Notes: a model not told the origin generated them from the letters alone. A stretch of DNA of 64,000 nt from Gammaproteobacteria bacterium (GCA_040882865.1 JBBEAN010000008.1:556437-620436); one strand, 5' to 3'. Positions 50,856 to 57,735 are shown, counted from the stretch's first letter. Translations and numbers: made by a program.

Positions 50856-51547
50856 ACTGTCTCGAGTATCGGCGCACGCTGTTGGAGCGGCCCACCGACC
50901 CCGGTAGCGGCGCGCGCGAACACCAGCTCGCGTGTCGCGCCTGCGCCGACTGGACAACCCAGCAGCAACGGTTCGAACAGCGGCTCGCGTACGCCCTGTC
51001 CGTTCCGGTTCCCGAGGGCGTCGCCGAGCGCGTGATGCTGCACGCCGCCTGGCGCTCACCCCGTCCGCATTGGCAAACCATCGCCGCGACGGTCGCCGCC
51101 GTCACGCTCGGCGCACTACTTGCTATCCAGCTCGCCGACCAGCCGGTGCTCGCACAATCGGTGCTCACGCACGTGTACGACGAACCAGACCTGCTAATAC
51201 CGGGCAGCGAGCCCGTCGATCCCGCACGACTGAAGGCGGTGCTGGAGCGCGTTGGCGGCACACTCGACGGCACAATCGGTTCGGTGCTGCACGCGGGACT
51301 TTGCCCGGTCGGCGGCAAACTCGCCGCGCACCTCGTCGTCGCTGGTGAACACGGACCGATTGCGGTGCTCGTGATGCCGGAATACGGCGTCGCGACAAAC
51401 ACAGCCGTCGGTGACGACAAGCTGCACGGCGCAATCGTGCCGGTTGGCCGTGGCAGCGTCGCGGTCATCGGTTTCCGTGGAGAATCGCTTGATGTGCTCG
51501 CAGAGCGCGTGCGCACTCAACTAAGTATCGCTGACCATGGCGCTTGA
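50852..51547 (+). CDS. anti-sigma factor (zinc-binding HxxxCxxC, single TM; DUF3379-like)
   Basis: MNCLEYRRTLL...EHQLACRAC (H-x3-C-x2-C), TM helix WQTIAATVAAVTLGALLAIQL, and a periplasmic C-domain. ATGA overlap with the sigma gene. Confidence 0.8.
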   Translation: MNCLEYRRTLLERPTDPGSGAREHQLACRACADWTTQQQRFEQRLAYALSVPVPEGVAERVMLHAAWRSPRPHWQTIAATVAAVTLGALLAIQLADQPVLAQSVLTHVYDEPDLLIPGSEPVDPARLKAVLERVGGTLDGTIGSVLHAGLCPVGGKLAAHLVVAGEHGPIAVLVMPEYGVATNTAVGDDKLHGAIVPVGRGSVAVIGFRGESLDVLAERVRTQLSIADHGA

Positions 51548-51932
51548 CCCACGACTCGCGGCGGACACGCTGTCCGTTGCGCAACTCCCGCTTTGCAGTG
51601 TGCGGCTGATGAATGACGCGCGTTACCCGTGGATCATCCTGGTTCCGCGCGTCGAGGATGCCGTCGAGCTGCTCGACCTCTCGGATGCCGACCAACAGCG
51701 CCTATACGACGAAATCAGGCAGTGCGCGCGCGTGCTACAGGAACACACAAGCGCCGACAAACTGAACATCGCTGCCCTCGGTAACGTCGTGCGCCAGCTG
51801 CACGTCCACGTCGTCGCGCGCTTTCACGACGACGACGCGTGGCCGAAGCCGGTCTGGGGCGTGCACCCGGCGGTCCCCTATGAGGACGACGCCGCGGCAA
51901 CGCTGATTCAGGCGCTGGCGACGCGCCTATGA
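51537..51932 (+). CDS. HIT family hydrolase
   Basis: Histidine triad QLHVHVVARF. 131 aa. Overlaps the anti-sigma gene by 11 nt. Confidence 0.8.
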   Translation: MALDPRLAADTLSVAQLPLCSVRLMNDARYPWIILVPRVEDAVELLDLSDADQQRLYDEIRQCARVLQEHTSADKLNIAALGNVVRQLHVHVVARFHDDDAWPKPVWGVHPAVPYEDDAAATLIQALATRL

Positions 51933-52013
51933 ATCGCGGCGCGAAGGCGCCGGCCTATTCGCGGCGCAAAGGCGCCGTTTATTCGCGGCGCAAAGGCGCC
52001 GCTCCTACAGTTG
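51931..52013 (+). repeat. three tandem REP units (orientation A), 24-26-nt period
   Basis: GAATCGCGGCGCGAAGGCGCCGGCCT / ATTCGCGGCGCAAAGGCGCCGTTT / ATTCGCGGCGCAAAGGCGCCGCTCCTACAGTTG. Only the last unit keeps the CTCCTACAG tail. The array begins inside the HIT stop codon (TGA 51930-32). Confidence 0.9.
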
Positions 52014-52021
52014 CGGCGCGA

Positions 52022-52513
52022 TCATTTCAACGCGGTCTGCCAGACCTTCAATTTGTCGGCGTACCGCGTCGTGTTCGCGGGGCTCGACGACGGCAGCACG
52101 TGCACGTCGAGTCCGAACGACGCAACGTGCGCGACGTGTTTCGCCGCGGTCTTGCCGTTGAAGCAAGCGGTCACGAGCTTCGGGCAGCGCGCGATGAGCC
52201 GCGCAAAATCGTTGAACTCCGCGTCGCGGATGTTGCCGTCGAGGCTGCCCTCACGCCGACATCGACCGATCACGTCCCACAAGCCGATGCCGGCGCGCTT
52301 CAACGCGGCGAGCCGATGTCGATACGGCATGCCATGCAGTTCGACGCCGACTGAATCACCGACGAGTCGCCAGAACTGATTCTGCGGGTATGCGTAATAC
52401 TGCTGCGCCGCGAGCGACGCCGCGCCGGGGAAGCTCCCCAGCACCAATACGCGCGTGTCACGCGTGACCACCGGTAGGAGACCCACCAACACCTTGCTCG
52501 TTTTCGAACGCAC
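52022..52513 (-). CDS. DNA-deoxyinosine (hypoxanthine) glycosylase, UDG family 6-like
   Basis: RVLVLGSFPGAASLAAQQYYAYPQNQFW and the C-terminal LPSSSPAN are typical. GTG 52513 gives 163 aa. The 214-aa track ORF would overlap the divergent gene. Confidence 0.6.
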   Translation of the reverse strand: MRSKTSKVLVGLLPVVTRDTRVLVLGSFPGAASLAAQQYYAYPQNQFWRLVGDSVGVELHGMPYRHRLAALKRAGIGLWDVIGRCRREGSLDGNIRDAEFNDFARLIARCPKLVTACFNGKTAAKHVAHVASFGLDVHVLPSSSPANTTRYADKLKVWQTALK

Positions 52514-52533
52514 ATCGCTAATATACTGGCTCC

Positions 52534-52857
52534 ATGGCGGGTGAACTGCGCGAGCGTATATATGCACTGGTCCGGGAGATTCCCGCCGGGTGCGTGACGA
52601 CGTATGGCGCCGTCGCACGCCGCATCGGGTGCGGTGCCCGACAGGTCGGCTACGCGATGGCCGCACTGCCCGCCGGCAGCGACGTCCCGTGGCATCGCGT
52701 GTTGAACAGCCGCGGCGAGGTCAGTATCCCGGGCGACACCGGCGTGCGGCAGCGGTCACTACTCGTTGCCGAAGGCATTGCATTTGATGCACACGACCGT
52801 GTCGACCTCGACCGCGTCGGTTGGGAGCGGGTGCGTGACCGAACGGAAATGAGATAA
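52534..52857 (+). CDS. alkyltransferase-like (ATL) protein, MGMT fold without the acceptor Cys
   Basis: MGMT DNA-binding domain (IPAGCVTTYGAVA). The active-site PCHRV is replaced by PWHRV. Confidence 0.75.
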   Translation: MAGELRERIYALVREIPAGCVTTYGAVARRIGCGARQVGYAMAALPAGSDVPWHRVLNSRGEVSIPGDTGVRQRSLLVAEGIAFDAHDRVDLDRVGWERVRDRTEMR

Positions 52858-52900
52858 GTCGCTGGTTAGCCTCTTCGCATCTGCCGAAAAGAGGTGAGCC

Positions 52901-53959
52901 ATGTCCGTAAAACTCAAACCGCTGAAACAGCAAACCATCGTGATCATGGGCGCAAGCTCCGGCATCGGCCTTGCGACCGCGCGGATGGCGTGCAAGCGTG
53001 GCGCAAACGTCGTGCTCGTCTCCCGTAACGGTGAGGCACTCGAGAACATCTGCAACGACTTGCGCCGCGAAGGTGGCCGTGCCGATTTCATCGTCGCCGA
53101 CGTCGGCGTACGTGAGCAGGTTCGCAACGTCGTCGAGACCGTGATTTCACGGCACGGTGGATTCGACACGTGGATCAACAACGCAGGCGTCGGCGTGTAC
53201 GCGAGAATCGAGGATACGACCGACGAGGACCACGAGCGCATCTTCCAGACCAATTACTGGGGCGTCGTGTACGGCTGCACAGAAGCCCTGAAACATCTGC
53301 GAAAACGCGGCGGTGCGTTGATCAATACGGGCTCGATTTCGTCCGACATCCCTGCGCCGGTCCTTGGCATCTATACCGCGACGAAGCATGCGGTGAAGGG
53401 CTTCACGAATTCGCTGCGGCTCGAGCTCAACCATGACAATGCGCCGGTCTCGCTGACGCTGATCAAGCCGAGCGGCATCAATACCCCGTTCGGCGACCAC
53501 GCGCGCAACTACATGAAACATGCGTCGCAGGTCCCGCCTCCGGTCTATTCGCCGAAGGTCGTCGCCAGCGCGATGCTCCACGCAGCGGAGCATCCGACAC
53601 GCGAACTCGTGATCGGTGGCTCGGGCGCGTCGCTCATCTCGTTTGTGCGCTTCCTGCCACGGGTTGCCGACCGTGTGCTCGAGAAGATGTTTTTCAAGAC
53701 CGCGGTCGACCGCGACCGGCCGCCGCGGGAGACCGAATCGCTGCACGAAGCCGGCGACGGTGGCCGCACGCGCGGCGACCAAAAGGGCTACACGCTGAAG
53801 ACGAGCGCCTACACCTCGGCGAAGAAACACCCCGGCGCGACACTCGGCATCGGCCTTGCGACGGTGGCCGCGGTCGTCGCGGCCCGGCAACTCGTCGCGG
53901 ATCGCAATCAAAACTTCATCGAGCGGGTCTCAAAACGATTGCCGCTACCTAAGGACTGA
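52901..53959 (+). CDS. SDR family oxidoreductase with C-terminal extension and TM anchor
   Basis: TGxxxGIG-like IMGASSGIGLATA, NNAG, and catalytic YTATK. The C-terminal segment [17 protein letters not shown] is hydrophobic. Confidence 0.8.
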   Translation: MSVKLKPLKQQTIVIMGASSGIGLATARMACKRGANVVLVSRNGEALENICNDLRREGGRADFIVADVGVREQVRNVVETVISRHGGFDTWINNAGVGVYARIEDTTDEDHERIFQTNYWGVVYGCTEALKHLRKRGGALINTGSISSDIPAPVLGIYTATKHAVKGFTNSLRLELNHDNAPVSLTLIKPSGINTPFGDHARNYMKHASQVPPPVYSPKVVASAMLHAAEHPTRELVIGGSGASLISFVRFLPRVADRVLEKMFFKTAVDRDRPPRETESLHEAGDGGRTRGDQKGYTLKTSAYTSAKKHPGATLGIGLATVAAVVAARQLVADRNQNFIERVSKRLPLPKD

Positions 53960-53998
53960 GGGTTGACCCGGCGGATCAGGGGGTGAGATTGTCGGCGC

Positions 53999-54430
53999 AT
54001 GTTGATTCGGCCCGCAACGCTTGAGGACGTCCCGGGCGGACTCAAGATGCTCGCAGCGGCGGGCTTGCCCATCGAGGGCACGCTCGCCGCGACCCGGGTT
54101 GCGGCGTCCCAGGCCAGGGAGTCGCCGAGCATCGCACTCGTCGCCGTCGATGATGATGGCAAGATTGCCGGCGGTATCGCGTTCGACATTGTTCCGAGCC
54201 TTGACGAGAACGGCGCGACCGCGTGCGTCCAGATCATGGCGGTCGCACCCGCATTCCAGCGGCGCGGTATCGGCCGCCTGCTGCTTGACGATGTCGAGCG
54301 GCGCGCCTGGGAGAGTGGCTGCGGTCGCGTGGAAATCGTGCCGGGCGTCCAGCGGCCAGAGGCGCGCGCGTTCTACACTGCGCAGGGTTACCGCAAGGTC
54401 AACAACCGGATGGTTAAACGCCGGATATAA
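53999..54430 (+). CDS. GNAT family N-acetyltransferase
   Basis: FQRRGIGRLLL acetyl-CoA loop. 143 aa. Confidence 0.75.
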   Translation: MLIRPATLEDVPGGLKMLAAAGLPIEGTLAATRVAASQARESPSIALVAVDDDGKIAGGIAFDIVPSLDENGATACVQIMAVAPAFQRRGIGRLLLDDVERRAWESGCGRVEIVPGVQRPEARAFYTAQGYRKVNNRMVKRRI

Positions 54431-54437
54431 TCACCAG

Positions 54438-54469
54438 CAGGTGGGAGCGACACTCTCTGTGTCGCGATG
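54438..54469 (-). repeat. REP element, orientation B, stem variant GCGACAC/GTGTCGC
   Basis: CAGGTGGGAGCGACACTCTCTGTGTCGCGATG. Confidence 0.85.
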
Positions 54470-54586
54470 AAAATGCCACGGCGCCGGGCATGGCTCGCTC
54501 AGCTCGTGGGAAGTCACAAACCGACTTCCATCTCGCCTCGCGAGATGCCCATCGCCGGGTTCGCGCTGGTGGACCCACCGGAAGAA

Positions 54587-54618
54587 CAGGTGGGAGCGAC
54601 GCTCTTGGCGTCGCGAAT
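54587..54618 (-). repeat. REP element, orientation B, stem variant GCGACGC/GCGTCGC
   Basis: CAGGTGGGAGCGACGCTCTTGGCGTCGCGAAT. Ends 2 nt before the lpdA stop codon. Confidence 0.9.
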
Positions 54619-54620
54619 CA

Positions 54621-56375
54621 TCACAAATCCGTCAGCGTCCCCGCGAACGCTTCCGCCGAGAAGGCCACCGTCTCCGACAGCGTCGGGTGGGGGTGGATCA
54701 CAAGGCCGATGTCGTGCGCATCCGCGCCCATCTCGATCGCGAGCACCGCTTCTGAAATGAGATCGCCCGCGTTCGGGCCGACGATGCCCGCGCCGATCAC
54801 GCGTCCGGTCTTTTCATCGAACAGCAACTTGCTGAACCCGTCCTGCGCGTCGAGCGCGAGCGCACGACCGCTCGCCGCCCACGGGAAGCGGCCCTTGCCG
54901 ACCTTGATGCCTTTCTGTTTGGCTTCGGTCTCGGTCATGCCGCACCACGCGACCTCCGGGTCGGTATATGCGACCGACGGAATCACGCGCGCGTCGAACG
55001 CCGATTTTTGGCCGGCGGTGACTTCCGCCGCGACTTTCGCTTCGTGCGTCGCCTTGTGCGCGAGCATCGGATTGCCGGCGACGTCGCCGATCGCGAAGAT
55101 GTTCGGCTGGTTCGTGCGCATCTGTTCGTCCACGGGGATGAAGCCGCGGTCGTCGACCGTGACGCCAGCCGCGTCCGCGCCAAGGCCGCGCCCGTTCGGC
55201 TTGCGTCCGATGGCAACGAGTACACGGTCGAAGGTCTGAGATTCCGGCGCGTCCTTGCCGTCGAACGACACCGCGATGCCGCCTTTTTTCGCCTCGAGTT
55301 TCGCGACTTTCGTCGAGAGCCAGATGGCTTCGCACTTCGACTCGAGGCGCTTCTGGAGCACCTTCACGAGGTCGCGGTCGGTTCCCGGCATCAGTCCATC
55401 GGAAAGCTCCACGACACTGACTTTCGTACCCAGCGCCGCGTACACCGTCGCCATTTCGAGCCCGATGATGCCGCCGCCGACCACGAGCAGGCTCGCCGGC
55501 ACATCCTCGAGCGCGAGCGCGCCGGTGGAGTCGATGATGCGCGGGTCTTCGGGCGCACCCGGGAGCTTCACGACGGACGAACCGGCCGCGATGATCGCGT
55601 GCTCGAAATGGATGAGTTCGTTCTTGTCGCCCTCGACCGCGAGGTGATTCGCGTCCTTGAAGCGGCCGACGCCGGTCACGACCGATACCTTGCGTTTTTT
55701 CGCGAGCGCCTTGAGCCCGCCCGTGAGCTGACCGACCACGCCGTCCTTGAACCCGCGCAGCTTTTCGAGGTCGAGCTTCGGCTCACCGAATGAAACGCCG
55801 TGCGTGCCGAGCGTCTCGACTTCCGCCATCACGCGCGCGACGTGCAGCAATGCTTTCGACGGGATGCAGCCCACGTTCAGGCATACGCCGCCGAGCGTCG
55901 GGTAGCGCTCGACCAATATGACTTTCTTGCCGAGGTCGGCTGCGCGGAACGCCGCGGTATAGCCGCCGGGGCCGGCGCCGAGGACCAGCACATCGCACGC
56001 CAACGTGGTGTCCTTACGGGTGGGAGCGGCGCTCTGCGCCGCGATTGGCTCGGATTTCTCCGGCGCCGGTTTTTCCTCGCGGCGCGAAGGCGCCGCTCCT
56101 GCATCCAGGTCACCTGTAGGAGCGGCACCTTCGTGCCGCGATCCGTCAGAAGCTTCGAGCTCGGCAATCTCGCTGCCCTGCGACACCTTGTCGCCGGCCT
56201 TGACCAGGAGCTTCGTGACTTTACCGGCGTGGGTCGATGGCACGTCCATCGCAGCCTTGTCGGTCTCGATGGTGATCAGGCCCTGCTCGGCCTCGACCGA
56301 TTCGCCTTCGGCGACCAGCACCTCGATGACCTCGACGTCCGAGAAATTCCCGATGTCGGGAACGAGAATTTTCAT
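54621..56375 (-). CDS. lpdA: dihydrolipoyl dehydrogenase (E3) with N-terminal lipoyl domain
   Basis: Lipoyl domain (ITIETDKAAMDVPS), FAD site LVLGAGPGGY, redox disulfide CLNVGCIPSK, and HPHPTLSE. 584 aa. Confidence 0.9.
   Translation of the reverse strand: MKILVPDIGNFSDVEVIEVLVAEGESVEAEQGLITIETDKAAMDVPSTHAGKVTKLLVKAGDKVSQGSEIAELEASDGSRHEGAAPTGDLDAGAAPSRREEKPAPEKSEPIAAQSAAPTRKDTTLACDVLVLGAGPGGYTAAFRAADLGKKVILVERYPTLGGVCLNVGCIPSKALLHVARVMAEVETLGTHGVSFGEPKLDLEKLRGFKDGVVGQLTGGLKALAKKRKVSVVTGVGRFKDANHLAVEGDKNELIHFEHAIIAAGSSVVKLPGAPEDPRIIDSTGALALEDVPASLLVVGGGIIGLEMATVYAALGTKVSVVELSDGLMPGTDRDLVKVLQKRLESKCEAIWLSTKVAKLEAKKGGIAVSFDGKDAPESQTFDRVLVAIGRKPNGRGLGADAAGVTVDDRGFIPVDEQMRTNQPNIFAIGDVAGNPMLAHKATHEAKVAAEVTAGQKSAFDARVIPSVAYTDPEVAWCGMTETEAKQKGIKVGKGRFPWAASGRALALDAQDGFSKLLFDEKTGRVIGAGIVGPNAGDLISEAVLAIEMGADAHDIGLVIHPHPTLSETVAFSAEAFAGTLTDL
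56016..56046 (-). repeat. REP element, orientation B, 3-nt loop, in frame inside lpdA
   Basis: ACGGGTGGGAGCGGCGCTCTGCGCCGCGATT. Sense-strand translation IAAQSAAPTR. Confidence 0.9.
56075..56144. repeat. REP doublet (tail-to-tail, no spacer) in frame inside lpdA
   Basis: 56075-56110 CCTCGCGGCGCGAAGGCGCCGCTCCTGCATCCAGGT (orientation A). 56111-56144 CACCTGTAGGAGCGGCACCTTCGTGCCGCGATCC (orientation B, stem variant GCGGCAC/GTGCCGC). Sense-strand translation GSRHEGAAPTGDLDAGAAPSRRE. Confidence 0.9.
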
Positions 56376-56378
56376 AGC

Positions 56379-56447
56379 GAATCGCGGCGCAAAGGCGCCG
56401 CTCGTACAACTCTGGCACCTGTAGGAGCGGCGCCTTTGCGCCGCGAC
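56379..56447. repeat. REP doublet (REPIN-like), tail-to-tail, 5-nt spacer, aceF-lpdA intergenic
   Basis: GAATCGCGGCGCAAAGGCGCCGCTCGTACAAC-tctgg-CACCTGTAGGAGCGGCGCCTTTGCGCCGCGAC. Confidence 0.9.
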
Positions 56448-56454
56448 AAGCCGC

Positions 56455-57735
56455 TCATAGCACCAACCCTTCGACGTCGTGCAAGACTTTCGCCAAGTGC
56501 GTCGTGAACCGCGCAGCGGCCGCGCCGTCGATCACGCGATGGTCGTACGACAGCGACAGCGGCAGCATGAGCCGCGGCTTGAAGTCGTCGCCGTCCCACA
56601 CGGGCTTCATCTGCGACTTCGACACGCCGAGGATCGCGACTTCGGGCGCGTTCACGATCGGCGTGAACGCGGTGCCGCCGATACCGCCGAGGCTCGACAC
56701 CGAGAAGGTACCGCCCTGCATGTCCTTCGCTTTGAGTTTCTTGTCGCGCGCCTTGCCGCTGATCTCGCCGAGTTCCTTCGCGATGTCGAAGACGTTCTTC
56801 TTGTCCGCGTCGCGGATGACCGGTACGACGAGACCCTCGGGGGTGTCGACCGCGAAGCCGATGTGGAAGTACTGCTTCACGATGAGCTGGTCACCGTCGA
56901 GCGACGAATTGAAGCGCGGGAATTCCTTCAGCGTCAGCGCACACGCCTTGATGATGAACGCGAGCGGCGTGAGCTTCGCGCCGAGCTTCTCCGCGTCGGC
57001 CTTCAGCGACTGGCGCACCGTTTCCATATCGGTGATGTCCGCTTCGTCGTGCTGCGTGACGTGCGGAATCGTCGCCCACGCGCGCTGCAGGTGCGGCCCG
57101 GCGATTTTCTGGATGCGCGTGAGCAGCTCGGCCTCGACCGGCCCCCACTGCGAGAAATCGATGCGCGGCGCGGGCTCGAACGACGGGCCGCCCATACCGC
57201 CGCCCTGCATCACGCCCTTCACGAACGCTTTCACGTCGTCGTGGGTGATACGGCCTTTTTTTGCGCTGCCGTTGACGCGCGTGAGGTCGACGCCGAGTTC
57301 GCGCGCAAGTTTGCGGACCGATGGTGACGCGTGGGGTGGCGTGCCGTCAGCGCGGCGGCTGGGCGCCGGTTCCTGTTCGCGGTGCGAAGGCGCCGCTCCT
57401 ACAGGTGGCTCCGAAGGCGCGCCTTTTTCTTCGCGGCGCGAAGGTGCAGGTTCCTTTTCGCGGCGCGAAGGCGCCGCTCCTACATCTTGCTTCTCGGTGG
57501 CTTCGATCTCCGCGATCGGCGTGCCTTCGGAGACCTTGTCGCCGGCCTTCACGAGCAGCTTCGTGATCTTGCCCGCGTGCGTCGACGGCACGTCCATCGC
57601 GGCCTTGTCGGTTTCGATGGTGATGAGGCCGTCCTCGACCGCGACGGTGTCGCCCTCGGCGACCATGACTTCGATGACTTCGACGCCCTCGAAGTTACCG
57701 ATATCGGGGACCTTGATCTGGACCGTGTCAGACAT
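56455..57735 (-). CDS. aceF: dihydrolipoamide acetyltransferase (E2), single lipoyl domain
   Basis: Lipoyl domain (ITIETDKAAMDVPS), E3-binding domain (SPSVRKLARELGVDLTRVNGSAKKGRI), and catalytic SLSYDHRVIDGA. Confidence 0.9.
   Translation of the reverse strand: MSDTVQIKVPDIGNFEGVEVIEVMVAEGDTVAVEDGLITIETDKAAMDVPSTHAGKITKLLVKAGDKVSEGTPIAEIEATEKQDVGAAPSRREKEPAPSRREEKGAPSEPPVGAAPSHREQEPAPSRRADGTPPHASPSVRKLARELGVDLTRVNGSAKKGRITHDDVKAFVKGVMQGGGMGGPSFEPAPRIDFSQWGPVEAELLTRIQKIAGPHLQRAWATIPHVTQHDEADITDMETVRQSLKADAEKLGAKLTPLAFIIKACALTLKEFPRFNSSLDGDQLIVKQYFHIGFAVDTPEGLVVPVIRDADKKNVFDIAKELGEISGKARDKKLKAKDMQGGTFSVSSLGGIGGTAFTPIVNAPEVAILGVSKSQMKPVWDGDDFKPRLMLPLSLSYDHRVIDGAAAARFTTHLAKVLHDVEGLVL
57345..57486 (+). 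repeat. four to five REP-derived units (orientation A), in frame inside aceF
   Basis: 57375-57408 GTTCGCGGTGCGAAGGCGCCGCTCCTACAGGTGG. 57429-57450 CTTCGCGGCGCGAAGGTGCAGG. 57456-57486 TTTCGCGGCGCGAAGGCGCCGCTCCTACATC. A degenerate unit lies at 57345-57373. Confidence 0.85.

Noticed and set aside
51931-52013. Possible CRISPR array (regularly spaced palindromic repeats)
   Set aside because: The period is only 24-26 nt with no unique spacers. The units are the same REP hairpin found dispersed elsewhere, and there are no cas genes.
54467-54760. 97-aa ORF starting in the REP-flanked gap
   Set aside because: Its N-terminus and the VGATLLASR segment are REP translation, and the remainder is antisense to the lpdA 3' end.
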